From a virus: 64,000 bases of DNA. The notes below the pieces were generated by a model. It made no database searches. It worked only from the letters and a program-made list of their open reading frames with translations, and had not been told where the DNA came from. Below are positions 38,682 to 48,355 of this stretch, piece after piece. Numbering within the stretch: the first letter of the stretch is position 1; each line of letters starts with the position of its first letter. A program made the position numbers and the translations under genes. Where the stretch lies: IMG/VR virus record IMGVR_UViG_3300018059_000546, one strand, 5' to 3'.

Positions 38682-39867
38682 CTCCTGCGAGGTTATTTTC
38701 CATGGTCTTTTCGAATTTTTTCGTGAAAACATTGGATGCAATGTACGTTGGAACAGGTATCACGTTTCCATCGATTTCGACCACTCCAAATTGGAGGCAT
38801 GCTCGAACGAGTCGTAAGAAAGAATCTAAAACAGATTCGATGTGATCATACTGTTTACCAAGCGGAACGCTGATCTTCAGGCAATTTGTGGACAGGGTGG
38901 CCATCCGTCCCTCTAACATCTTTCGTCTAACCTCATCCGTATCTGATGCACGTTTCTGGAGATTTCTCAGATGTTGTTTAACACTTCGGGTTGTCTGGGG
39001 ATTGATTATTACCAGCTTACCATTTTTGAAAATGACTCGTTCTAACCTTGGTGCAGCGTCTGCTGAGATTGTACGAATGAGATCTCCCTTGTCAGATGAC
39101 ACGAGATCACCCGCAGATACCATGGCAAGATCGACTAAGGTATTTAGGTCTTCGATGTCAAATCTCACCTGAATTAGGAGCACATTCAACTTACCAATGA
39201 TCTTGTTATGTTGAATGGTAGAGATTACATCATTGGCAAAGTTTCTGGCGAAGATGATTCCAGGAGTGGCATCCTTCGATAGATACTCCAAAATTCCGTG
39301 CACCTCTCCCACAGTTTCGATGAAACCGTCAATGATGAAGCACTTCACATTTCGTTCGTCGAACTGACATTTCATGGGACTTTCGAGATTGAAGACGTAA
39401 CCATCCATCTTCTCAAGGATGGTTTTGACAACGTGCTCTCTCCTCAAGAAAATGTTCCCGTCGGTTTCTATCAACCCCAGAACTGTCATGAGAAATTCAT
39501 GGTATCTCTCTTCAAATCGATCAAATATCATCTTTTCGAAGTCTCCAGTTCGAGGATACCGGCTATGCATCATTTCTTGTTCTAATGCCTTAACATCTTT
39601 CAACTTTCTTCCTGTAAGGATGTTCTTAGCGACGTCAACTCCAGAATTAACTCCGATCGATTCACTCTTCAAAGCATGCTGTTCAAGAACATCTAGGATG
39701 ATGTTTTGAACAGGGTCGGGTGTACGCAACCATCCGAGAAAATTCTTTCCTTCGATGAGATGGTTCTCTCCGATGCTTACAAGTGAGAGCTCTTCAGGAT
39801 TCCACCTTCCAAACATCTTTCGAAGATCATCTAACCCACGTAGCAGATCTCGCTTATCGTAGAACAC
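38668..39867 (-). CDS. Truncated, divergent GroEL-like chaperonin
   Basis: PGIIFARNFANDVISTIQHNKIIGKLNV...LVDLAMVSAGDLVSSDKG...KMLEGRMATL...VRACLQFGVV is colinear with the GroEL apical and intermediate domains. Confidence 0.75.
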   Translation of the reverse strand: MFYDKRDLLRGLDDLRKMFGRWNPEELSLVSIGENHLIEGKNFLGWLRTPDPVQNIILDVLEQHALKSESIGVNSGVDVAKNILTGRKLKDVKALEQEMMHSRYPRTGDFEKMIFDRFEERYHEFLMTVLGLIETDGNIFLRREHVVKTILEKMDGYVFNLESPMKCQFDERNVKCFIIDGFIETVGEVHGILEYLSKDATPGIIFARNFANDVISTIQHNKIIGKLNVLLIQVRFDIEDLNTLVDLAMVSAGDLVSSDKGDLIRTISADAAPRLERVIFKNGKLVIINPQTTRSVKQHLRNLQKRASDTDEVRRKMLEGRMATLSTNCLKISVPLGKQYDHIESVLDSFLRLVRACLQFGVVEIDGNVIPVPTYIASNVFTKKFEKTMENNLAGVILI

Positions 39868-39906
39868 GATGGTAATTCTTGTTCAGAATCATCAAGATTT
39901 GCAATT

Positions 39907-40281
39907 TCAGTGAAAACTAATGTGAGACGCCACGGCATCCCAGATGACTTTGGCCACCATCGTAATGACCGACAGAACGGCCGCAAAGACGTACTTTCGA
40001 TAAAGTTTTAGCTTATCTTCAGTGTCAGCCACCCGCTGCACGATCTTTTCGACGTCATGATCAGTTTCAATTTTTTCGGTTTGAACTCGAACGAAGAGAC
40101 CTGTCTGCGGATTGAAGACAGCTTCGTTCAGTTTATCGACGTTCTTTTCGATATTGTCGACTTTTTGGAAGAGTAGATCGAAACCACCGTTCAAAACGGG
40201 GGCATCCAACTTTTCTTCGAGCTTCGACAGAAATTTGAGAAGTTCTCCTTGACGGGAAGGAACGACTTTTGAACCGGCCAT
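39907..40281 (-). CDS. Hypothetical coiled-coil protein with C-terminal TM helix
   Basis: YVFAAVLSVITMVAKVIW hydrophobic segment. Confidence 0.6.
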   Translation of the reverse strand: MAGSKVVPSRQGELLKFLSKLEEKLDAPVLNGGFDLLFQKVDNIEKNVDKLNEAVFNPQTGLFVRVQTEKIETDHDVEKIVQRVADTEDKLKLYRKYVFAAVLSVITMVAKVIWDAVASHISFH

Positions 40282-40457
40282 GTCTTTAAATAGTATACAA
40301 TACTATTGGAGACCATTATAATGACGTCCGGACAAGCCGTCCGTCTCTTAAAGATTTAATAGTATCTTTAAAGACTGTTAATACAGTTAAGAAGTAGACG
40401 GGCGCGTAGTAAAATTCGAAGTACACTTTTCAAAATAGTGGTGTACTCTATGAAAAG
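40282..40457. promoter_or_regulatory. Divergent intergenic control region rich in palindromes
   Basis: Strand switch; TAGTAT-aca-ATACTA, CATTATAATG, TCTTTAAAGA, ACTGT-taat-ACAGT, AGTACAC...GTGTACT; GTACAC-17-TACTCT promoter-like element. Confidence 0.55.
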
Positions 40458-42407
40458 ATGAACTTTTTCGATGCTATTCAGTCCAAGAGTCAGATCAAAC
40501 CCGACACGCAAGTCATCTTTGTTGCCGATCTCTTCGTAGAAACATACGTGGGAGGAGCTGAGCTGACGACAGAAGCTTTGGTCGCTTCATCGCCCTATCG
40601 AGTCCAGAAGGTTTTTTCTCGAGATGTCTCGAAAGAGATGATCGACCAACACAAGGACAAAGCATGGATCTTTGGAAACATAGCCATGCTCAATCCGGCT
40701 GTAGTACCTGCGATCATGGGAAACTGCAAGTACGTTGTGCTAGAGTACGATTACAAGTTCTGTGCTCATAGATCACTTGAAAAGCATCTTGCAGTCGAGG
40801 GTAAACCATGCGATTGCCATGAGAAGCCGATCGGTGATCTCATCTCCACGTTTTTCGGTAACTCGTCTGGAATCTTCTGGATGTCAGAACAGCAGCAGGA
40901 AATCTACAGGAATAAGTTCCCATCTCTCGAAGACACGGACCAGTACGTTCTATCCTCAGTCTTCGATGAAACGTTCTTCATGTCGTTGAAGATTCTCAGG
41001 GAGAAGTACAAGGATCACGACAGGACAGAGTGGTTGGTCCTCAGGTCGAATTCTTGGATCAAGGGTAGCGAAGCCGGGGTGGAGTATTGCAAGAAAAACT
41101 CGCTTCCCTACAGAGAAATTTCAGGACTTTCTTACGACGCACTTCTCGAAGAATTAGCCCAAGCGAAGGGTTTCGTCTTCCTCCCTCCGGGTGGAGATAC
41201 ATGTCCACGCATCGTGATCGAAGCGAAACTCTTGGGTTGCGAATTGGTGCTCAATGATAACGTGCAGCATGCCAAAGAAATGTGGTTCGAGACATCCGAC
41301 CTGGCCGAGATCGAACAGTATCTCTACGCCTCCCGCGAACTCTTCTGGAATTTCGTCAAGAACGAAATCGTCGAAAAGATTCCGAGACTCAGTGGATACA
41401 CTACGACGTACAATTGCGTTTCTCAGAAGTATCCATTCGAACAATGTGTGCAGTCAATGCTCGATTTTTGCGACGAAGTTGTTGTCGTCGACGGTGGGTC
41501 GACCGATGGAACGTTAGCAGTTCTCATAGGATTGCAGCGTCAAAATCTTATCGAATCGACTGATGAGTACATCTACGATAAAGATTTGAATGAAAAGTCT
41601 AGGTTGAAAGTGCAAGTAATTGCTCGTGATTGGTCCCATCCGAGATTTGCAGTTTTCGATGGAATGCAGAAGGCCGAAGCTCGAGCACTTTGTACGGGGG
41701 ATTTCTGTTTGCAACTTGATGCCGACGAAATTATATCTACTGATGATGGTCCAAAATTTCGTAATCTCATTTGTAATTTTCCAAAGGGTGTCGACCTTGT
41801 TTCATTACCTGTGATAGAAGGGTGGGGAACTTTTGACAAAACAAGAATTGACATAACTCCATGGAAATGGAGACTTAGTCGAAATGTTCGTGGCATTACG
41901 CATGGTGTTCCAATTACCCATCGTAAATTCGATGAAAATGGGCAATTGTATGCAATTCAGGGTACAGACGGTTGCGATATGATTAGCTCTCGAACAGGTG
42001 AATCAATACCTTTCGTCGGGTTTTACGACAAAAAAGCCCATGAGCTTCGTCAACTAGCTCTTTCTGGAAATGAACAAGCTCGTGTCGCATATGAAAATTG
42101 GTTCAATGACGTAATCGACCAATTGCCTTCTGTGTTTCATTTTTCGTGGATGAATATTGAAAGAAAAATTCGTACTTACAGAGATTATTGGCAATCGCAT
42201 TGGCTTAGTTTGTATAACCAGCAAGTTGACGACATCCCTGAAAACAACATGTTTTTTGACAAGTCTTGGAAAGATGTCACCAATGACGATATTGAGAAAC
42301 TTTCACACCAGTTGGCAGCAAAAACTGGTGGACATATTTTTCACTCTAAGTGGAAGGGTCATTCGACGCCCTCGATTGCGTGTCGCAAGAAAGTTCCTTC
42401 GTTGTAA
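40458..42407 (+). CDS. Two-domain glycosyltransferase (GT-B/GT4-like plus GT2)
   Basis: GGAEL...KG...DTCPRIVIEAKLLGC; TTTYN...VVVVDGGSTDGT...QLDADE. Confidence 0.85.
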   Translation: MNFFDAIQSKSQIKPDTQVIFVADLFVETYVGGAELTTEALVASSPYRVQKVFSRDVSKEMIDQHKDKAWIFGNIAMLNPAVVPAIMGNCKYVVLEYDYKFCAHRSLEKHLAVEGKPCDCHEKPIGDLISTFFGNSSGIFWMSEQQQEIYRNKFPSLEDTDQYVLSSVFDETFFMSLKILREKYKDHDRTEWLVLRSNSWIKGSEAGVEYCKKNSLPYREISGLSYDALLEELAQAKGFVFLPPGGDTCPRIVIEAKLLGCELVLNDNVQHAKEMWFETSDLAEIEQYLYASRELFWNFVKNEIVEKIPRLSGYTTTYNCVSQKYPFEQCVQSMLDFCDEVVVVDGGSTDGTLAVLIGLQRQNLIESTDEYIYDKDLNEKSRLKVQVIARDWSHPRFAVFDGMQKAEARALCTGDFCLQLDADEIISTDDGPKFRNLICNFPKGVDLVSLPVIEGWGTFDKTRIDITPWKWRLSRNVRGITHGVPITHRKFDENGQLYAIQGTDGCDMISSRTGESIPFVGFYDKKAHELRQLALSGNEQARVAYENWFNDVIDQLPSVFHFSWMNIERKIRTYRDYWQSHWLSLYNQQVDDIPENNMFFDKSWKDVTNDDIEKLSHQLAAKTGGHIFHSKWKGHSTPSIACRKKVPSL

Positions 42408-43033
42408 TGTGGTACGTGTACGTAGACGAAACTCTAGAAGTCGTTCCAAGAATTTACTACATTGGAATGGGTTCTCTTGGTAGAACAAAATGTGTCAAAC
42501 GAAACAGTAAGCATACAGGAATTAGACACAAATATGGATTTGTCAGAAAGATAGTTTTTTCTACGTTTATTCGAAATCTTGCAATAGAATTTGAAAAACA
42601 ACAAATTGTAGAGTGCAAAACTTTCATAGACGATCCTTTGTCAGATGATATTGCATGTAATTTCACAACAGGTGGTGAAGGAAGCAAGGACGTTTCCGAA
42701 CAAACAAAGAAAAAGTTATCGCGCTCTCGGCAAGGAAAAAAATCGTCACTACCTACAAGAAAAAAACAAAGAGAAGCACTTCGTGGAAGATCTTTTTCTA
42801 TTGAACACCGCCGACGTTTAAGAGAGATTGCAAAAAAGAAAAATCTCTCTGAACAAACTCTCCAAAAAAGAAGAGACGCTCAAAAGAAAAAAGTAATTCA
42901 GCTGCTTAACGACAAAATTGTTGAATACTTCGACAGTGTCTTGTCTGCAAAAGAATTTACAGGATTTTCTAATATTGATCGTGCTGCTAGGCAAGGTACG
43001 ACAGCCGGTGGATTTCACTGGAAATATGTCTAA
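42407..43033 (+). CDS. GIY-YIG-like homing endonuclease with NUMOD3/NUMOD1
   Basis: MWYVY...YYIGMG...R, NFTTGGEG, SEQTKKKLS, YFDSVLSA...TAGGFHWKY; TAATG coupling. Confidence 0.82.
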   Translation: MWYVYVDETLEVVPRIYYIGMGSLGRTKCVKRNSKHTGIRHKYGFVRKIVFSTFIRNLAIEFEKQQIVECKTFIDDPLSDDIACNFTTGGEGSKDVSEQTKKKLSRSRQGKKSSLPTRKKQREALRGRSFSIEHRRRLREIAKKKNLSEQTLQKRRDAQKKKVIQLLNDKIVEYFDSVLSAKEFTGFSNIDRAARQGTTAGGFHWKYV

Positions 43034-44182
43034 ATGGGCGGGAACGCTAAAGCTGTCTATCGAAACACCGGAACCGTCCAAATATTCGACGGACGGTTGG
43101 CGTACGCTGAAAAGATCGATCTAAGAGAAGTTCAACCTGAACAGTTCGTAGACGATGTGAAGAAGCTCGTTCTAGAATTGAACAAGCCGGGAGTTTGGCA
43201 GCCGTCTTCCGTAGAAAATGAAACGATCTACTTCGGATCTTTCGACTCGCTTAGAGATCCAACAATTTCGAAGGAAGAGTACGTTACTTCCAAACCCATG
43301 ATGGGTGACGTGGACATTGCAGTACCCTCCGTACGCATGGAGGCTTTGCACGACTTTCTAGTCCAACTCGAGGGCAAGGATATCACACCCAACTTCACGT
43401 ACATCGGACAGAATCGCGTCGCTTTTAGCGGGAAGAAAGTCAACACGATATTCTTCTACAAGCGATGCAAGAAATTCCTGCAGGTTGACTTCGAAGGGAT
43501 GACATTCTTAAATAACGCACCCGAAGAGTACGTCAAGTTCATGCGTTCGAGCCCATGGAGAGATGTCAAGGAAGGTCTCAAGGGGCTTGGCCACAAGTAT
43601 CTTCTCACCTGCTTGGCAAGAATAGTGTCGTACAAGAGCAACATAGTCATCCTGACGGATAAATCTCCGATCCATCCGGCGAACAAGGTCAGGATCAAGC
43701 TCTTAGATGAAATTCCTCACTCGTTGACGTTTTCGAAGGAAGGACTTCGAGATAAGTTGAAGCAGCAGACCCGTCTAGGATATCCTGTCATGGTCGAAGG
43801 GAAGTACGCGTACAAGGAAGTTTCGAAGGAAGAGTCGATCGGAGAAACTAGCGTAAAGAAGATCTTCAAACGACTCTTTTCCAGAGAACCTCAAGGTAAA
43901 GATCTTGATGATTTTAGATCGTACATGGGGACTCTCGACCTGTGCCAGAAGTACCTCACCCGTGGAAAGATCGAATCCATCTACGAGTACATGGTGAACG
44001 TCAAACTATGGGGCCCCAAGGCCCAGGCCCTATCGAGGGATTCAGCCACGGATGATAAAGACATCAAAGAGATGATCATTTACACGATGGAGAGTAAATT
44101 CCCATTCTTGGTCGGAAACCTCCCACTGGAGGAGACCATGGACAAATACTACCTGAAGTACGAGGAGCGTGAGGAAGAGTGA
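43034..44182 (+). CDS. Putative Pol-beta-superfamily nucleotidyltransferase
   Basis: MGGN start, FGS...GDVDIAV...QVDF catalytic pattern. Confidence 0.6.
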   Translation: MGGNAKAVYRNTGTVQIFDGRLAYAEKIDLREVQPEQFVDDVKKLVLELNKPGVWQPSSVENETIYFGSFDSLRDPTISKEEYVTSKPMMGDVDIAVPSVRMEALHDFLVQLEGKDITPNFTYIGQNRVAFSGKKVNTIFFYKRCKKFLQVDFEGMTFLNNAPEEYVKFMRSSPWRDVKEGLKGLGHKYLLTCLARIVSYKSNIVILTDKSPIHPANKVRIKLLDEIPHSLTFSKEGLRDKLKQQTRLGYPVMVEGKYAYKEVSKEESIGETSVKKIFKRLFSREPQGKDLDDFRSYMGTLDLCQKYLTRGKIESIYEYMVNVKLWGPKAQALSRDSATDDKDIKEMIIYTMESKFPFLVGNLPLEETMDKYYLKYEEREEE

Positions 44183-44922
44183 TGGAACATATCAAGATTC
44201 AAAAGTTGTTGACAGATTACGACATCGATCTCAGCACCGTTTCATTGGGAGATTTCGACCACATCGGAGAATACACGGCCAAGAAGAGCCGTGATAAGAA
44301 TTCCCCTCTGTACGCAAATACCGGAGCCTACTTCAGACCGAACTACGAACGAGGAATCCTGATCTACTCTCTCATCAAGCGTTTCAAGCTCAAGTCGTTC
44401 CTTGAAATCGGATTCGGTAGAGGTTACTCTGCCATCTGCGCCGCCAAGGCATTCCATGACATCGGTGTCGACGGAAAGGTGACGACCATTGACCCCGTTT
44501 TTGATAAAGAACAGCTCGAAACCATGTCCCAGGTATTTCCGAAAGAATGGCTCGAAAAGATCGATCTGAAACAGGGTCTTTCGCAGCAAGTTCTCAAGGA
44601 GATGGATGGACCATGGGATTTCGTCTACATCGACGGCGACCATCATGCAGCAGCCGTTCAGGCCGACTGGGATCTGACGAAGAACAAGTGGGGAAGTTTC
44701 CTGCTCTTCGATGACTATCACCTACCTTCGAAGAAAGAAGCGAACATCGAATGTGCGATCGCAATCGATAGAATCGATGAAACTAAATTCGATGCTTCTA
44801 AGAAGTTGATCATCATGGATCGCAGAATTTTCTTGGACGATAGACGATACACGGACGAAGCCATAGATTATGGTCAGTGTTTACTAGCAAAGAATAGTTT
44901 GCTAGAATCTGATGGATGGTGA
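44179..44922 (+). CDS. Class I SAM-dependent methyltransferase (Methyltransf_24-like)
   Basis: LEIGFGRGYS, TIDP, FVYIDGDH, LFDDY. Confidence 0.88.
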   Translation: MMEHIKIQKLLTDYDIDLSTVSLGDFDHIGEYTAKKSRDKNSPLYANTGAYFRPNYERGILIYSLIKRFKLKSFLEIGFGRGYSAICAAKAFHDIGVDGKVTTIDPVFDKEQLETMSQVFPKEWLEKIDLKQGLSQQVLKEMDGPWDFVYIDGDHHAAAVQADWDLTKNKWGSFLLFDDYHLPSKKEANIECAIAIDRIDETKFDASKKLIIMDRRIFLDDRRYTDEAIDYGQCLLAKNSLLESDGW

Positions 44923-45755
44923 TTTCTACTTACAAAATCAAAAGACGATCTCATATTAGAGATGGAAGAAAGTCTCGATATCATGCAACAGAACAACTTA
45001 TTGCAGAACTTCATTGCGATAATTGCGACACATGGTTTAGCATGAAGATCACTCCATCTTTTCTTATCAAACAAAAACATCATTTCTGTTCGAAAGAATG
45101 TATGAATTTAGCTGCTAAAAATGGTGGGAAACTTTTTGAAGCAAAAAAGAAAACATGTTTAGAGCACTTTGGGCATGAATCTCAAAATTCTGTCCAAAGC
45201 GTCAAAGACAAGAAAAAGAAGACATTCGTAGAGCGGTATGGAGTCGAAAATCCATTCGAATCTTCTGATATTAAACTGCAAATTCGTAAAAATATCTTAG
45301 AGAGGTACGGTGTTGAACACACGTCTCAAATTCCAGAAAGTCGACGAAAGTTCAGAATAACGTGCCTTGAAAGATTTGGAACAGAAAATCCTCTACAAAA
45401 TCGAGAGATTTACTTAAAAGTTCTGAAATCACGATCCAAAACTACTTCATTGGTGCATTGGAAAACTCAAGAAGAACTTCTTTGCACGGCTTCTTACGAA
45501 ATTGCATTTGTAGAATGGTGTAACAAAAACCATATTGATTTTGATTGGCAAATTTCCCATACGATGCCCGATGGACGCGTTTACAATATCGATGCATTCA
45601 TCAAGGATGGAAAGTTTAGAAACACATGGATAGAAATCAAAGGGTGGAACTACGAGGGAGGAAAACAAAAGTGGGAATGGTTTCACTCTATCTACCCCGA
45701 ATGTTCTCAAATGTGGAATGAATCACGTTTAAAAGAACTCGGGATTTTACTGTGA
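44916..45755 (+). CDS. Putative homing endonuclease: zinc ribbon, TxxExYG repeats, PD-(D/E)xK domain
   Basis: CDNC...FCSKEC; TCLEHFG, TFVERYG, ILERYG, TCLERFG; SYE...YNIDAF...IEIKG. Confidence 0.75.
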   Translation: MVISTYKIKRRSHIRDGRKSRYHATEQLIAELHCDNCDTWFSMKITPSFLIKQKHHFCSKECMNLAAKNGGKLFEAKKKTCLEHFGHESQNSVQSVKDKKKKTFVERYGVENPFESSDIKLQIRKNILERYGVEHTSQIPESRRKFRITCLERFGTENPLQNREIYLKVLKSRSKTTSLVHWKTQEELLCTASYEIAFVEWCNKNHIDFDWQISHTMPDGRVYNIDAFIKDGKFRNTWIEIKGWNYEGGKQKWEWFHSIYPECSQMWNESRLKELGILL

Positions 45756-46711
45756 AGGTGCTGAAGGTTCTAATCAATCGTGATCCTGTAGTTGGCCCCT
45801 GGGGTGGTGGTGCACGATTTCTAGAAGCTTTCCATTCTATGGCTAGGGAAAACGGCATTGAAATTGTAAAGACGCTCCAGCAGTCGCCTGATGTCATCTT
45901 TATTTTTCACCCTGATGAAGAAATAACAACAGCAGGATCGATCTCTAATGGAAAAGCAGAAGTCAACATGACAATCCGCGGTGTTTCATTCGACGCAGCC
46001 TTGGAACACAAAAGAAATCATCCGGATGTACAAATCATCGTTAGAGTGAATGAATGCGACGCGCGAAAAAGAACGACGGGTGTCGACGAGAAATGGATGC
46101 ACATGATCCAACGCTCTGACCACGCGTTCTACGTGTCGAAATGGATGGAAACGTACTTCGATTCTCGCATCCAGCATGTTCAGAAGTCCTCAGTCATCAT
46201 CAACGGTGTTGATCGCAGTCTGTTCAAAAGAGCCAAGAAAATTTCTGATGTGACCGGAAAGGTCAACATCGTCTGCGCTCATTGGTCCGATAACTTCTTC
46301 AAAGGCCAGGATGTCTACGAATTTCTCGATCGTTTCGTAAGAACTCACCAAGATTTCACCTTCACTTTCATTGGAAGAACCAAGGCGAACTTGAAGCATT
46401 CCCATCTTGTTTCAGCGCTTGATCCAAAGGACCTGGCTCTTGAGCTGTCCCGGTACGACGTGTGTGTGAACGGATCCAGATTCGATCCAGGACCCAACGC
46501 GGTGATCGAAAGCATCGCTGCAGGACTTCCAACGTACGTTCATGCAGACGGTGGCGGCGGAGTGGATTTCGCAGGAGCAGAACACGCCTTCAAAACTCTT
46601 CCAGAGCTAGAAAACATTCTCCTTTCTAAGAACTATCCCGCGAATCCGGATATTTTTCGCTCATGGGGAGACGTCATGGCACGTGTCTTCGATAGGATCA
46701 AGAGTCTATGA
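45752..46711 (+). CDS. GT-B (GT4-like) glycosyltransferase
   Basis: WGGG, IINGVD, KG, SRFDPGPNAVIESIAAGLP. Confidence 0.85.
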   Translation: MKVLKVLINRDPVVGPWGGGARFLEAFHSMARENGIEIVKTLQQSPDVIFIFHPDEEITTAGSISNGKAEVNMTIRGVSFDAALEHKRNHPDVQIIVRVNECDARKRTTGVDEKWMHMIQRSDHAFYVSKWMETYFDSRIQHVQKSSVIINGVDRSLFKRAKKISDVTGKVNIVCAHWSDNFFKGQDVYEFLDRFVRTHQDFTFTFIGRTKANLKHSHLVSALDPKDLALELSRYDVCVNGSRFDPGPNAVIESIAAGLPTYVHADGGGGVDFAGAEHAFKTLPELENILLSKNYPANPDIFRSWGDVMARVFDRIKSL

Positions 46712-46896
46712 TTTCGACCACGGGTGACGATTTCGTCGTAACATTCACGAAAGAATTCGTGGAAGATCTAGTAGCATACGCTGGCGATGGAAAGCTGAAG
46801 GGACGATTCGACGTAGATGGAAAACATCACGAATTCGAGGCGTCTTGCTCGGATGGAATCTACAAAGTCGTCATAAAGAAAGAAGCAAACAAATGA
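46708..46896 (+). CDS. Small hypothetical protein
   Basis: 62 aa, ATGA-coupled on both sides. Confidence 0.55.
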   Translation: MISTTGDDFVVTFTKEFVEDLVAYAGDGKLKGRFDVDGKHHEFEASCSDGIYKVVIKKEANK

Positions 46897-47264
46897 CTCT
46901 CGCTCAGATACACAGTTTTTCTAACATGATGAGCGAGATGCTCACCGAACGTTTGACCGTCTTCAAGGGTAAGACGGCAAATCGTCAGACAATGATGGAG
47001 CTCTACACGACGATCTTTAATCTCACGGCAGACATCTTCATCCAGTCCAAGGTCGAACTTTCGAATGAGGCGGTGAACCTCATCGCCCAGCTCTATTACG
47101 AGGATTGTTCTATCAACAATCGTAACGAAGTCGACAATACCGTCTACACAAAGAAGGCTAAGCTCGAAAACATTCCGAACCACGAGCTTGTTATCATGAC
47201 TAAGCTATGGAAGGACCATCCGTACGGCCAATTATTCGTAGAGACTTTGAAAAGGAGATCGTAA
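46893..47264 (+). CDS. Hypothetical protein
   Basis: Start at ATG 46893 (ATGA overlap). Confidence 0.6.
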   Translation: MTLAQIHSFSNMMSEMLTERLTVFKGKTANRQTMMELYTTIFNLTADIFIQSKVELSNEAVNLIAQLYYEDCSINNRNEVDNTVYTKKAKLENIPNHELVIMTKLWKDHPYGQLFVETLKRRS

Positions 47265-47461
47265 TGAGATTATTATACTTTGCAATTGGAATTGCCATCG
47301 GCTTTTGTGGCGCAGATTTCATCGGTTCATGCAATCACATGAGCGATTTTCACGGTGCCAAACCGAATACTGACGACGTCGTGAAACTGTGTCGTGTGGT
47401 CACCCACAGTAGCAGCGATGGATACAAGTACTGGTCGTGCGACAAGATCGAGAAAAAATGA
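47264..47461 (+). CDS. Small protein with hydrophobic N-terminus (signal or TM)
   Basis: MRLLYFAIGIAIGFCG; AGGAG RBS; TAATG coupling. Confidence 0.55.
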   Translation: MRLLYFAIGIAIGFCGADFIGSCNHMSDFHGAKPNTDDVVKLCRVVTHSSSDGYKYWSCDKIEKK

Positions 47462-48186
47462 ATCGCTACGTTTTCATCGCTCCCACGTTCAATGCTCTTC
47501 TCACTTGCAAGAAAGCTATCTTGAGTCTTGCCGTACAATCGTTTGAAAATTGGCATCTCATCGTTATCGATGACATGTCAACAGATGGAACAGAGCTCGA
47601 AATCAGAAATACGTTCAGTTTTCTCGGAATCTATGAGAGATTGACGTACATCAAGAATGACAAGAAGCTCTGGGAAGTTGAAAACGTTCTTCAAGGTCTA
47701 AAGAGATGTACTCCAGATGATATCGTCTGTCGTTTCGACCTCGATGATTACCTGACAGATGCTAACGCGCTTGAAATCATCGACATGCAGTACAGGAGTG
47801 ATCAAAAATTAGAAGCATTATGGAGTTCTCATCGATGGTTTGATGAACGAGGTATCACCAACAATAACATCTCCGGTCCAATGCCTGACAATGCTGATCC
47901 GTACAAGTACCCATGGGTTTCCAGCCATCTCAAGACTTTTCGAAAAAGGGTCATCGACGAAGTGAATGACCAGAACTTTCGAGGACAGGATGGCAAATAC
48001 ATCCGTCGAGCGGGCGACCAAGCGATTTACCTTCCGTGTCTAGCTAGAGCTAAGAAGAGAATGTATCTACCTGTCACAATGTACGCTTATCGATGTGACA
48101 TGAATCCGCAGACATTTCAGACCGACGACGCTAAATTCCAAAAAACAGAGGCTGATTTCCTTAGAACCAGAGGGTTCGTTGAGTGA
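47458..48186 (+). CDS. GT2 glycosyltransferase
   Basis: APTFN...SLAVQ...VIDDMSTDGT...FDLDD. Confidence 0.88.
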   Translation: MNRYVFIAPTFNALLTCKKAILSLAVQSFENWHLIVIDDMSTDGTELEIRNTFSFLGIYERLTYIKNDKKLWEVENVLQGLKRCTPDDIVCRFDLDDYLTDANALEIIDMQYRSDQKLEALWSSHRWFDERGITNNNISGPMPDNADPYKYPWVSSHLKTFRKRVIDEVNDQNFRGQDGKYIRRAGDQAIYLPCLARAKKRMYLPVTMYAYRCDMNPQTFQTDDAKFQKTEADFLRTRGFVE

Positions 48187-48355
48187 GACTAGATTAGTCG
48201 CGTTCATGTACCTTCTGATGAGAGATGCGGCTCCCACCGGAGAGATCGTCAGAATCGTTCGTGAACTCAAAGTTCTTGGAGATGTGGACCCTATTTTCAC
48301 GAGCCCAGAATTAGAAGCTTACGCCAAGAGGTTAGTCAGTGAACTTTTAGCATGA
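48179..48355 (+). CDS. Small hypothetical protein, 58 aa (absent from the ORF track)
   Basis: TTG start; MSETRLVAFMYLLMRDAAPTGEIVRIVRELKVLGDVDPIFTSPELEAYAKRLVSELLA fills the gap and has an ATGA overlap downstream. Confidence 0.55.
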   Translation: MSETRLVAFMYLLMRDAAPTGEIVRIVRELKVLGDVDPIFTSPELEAYAKRLVSELLA

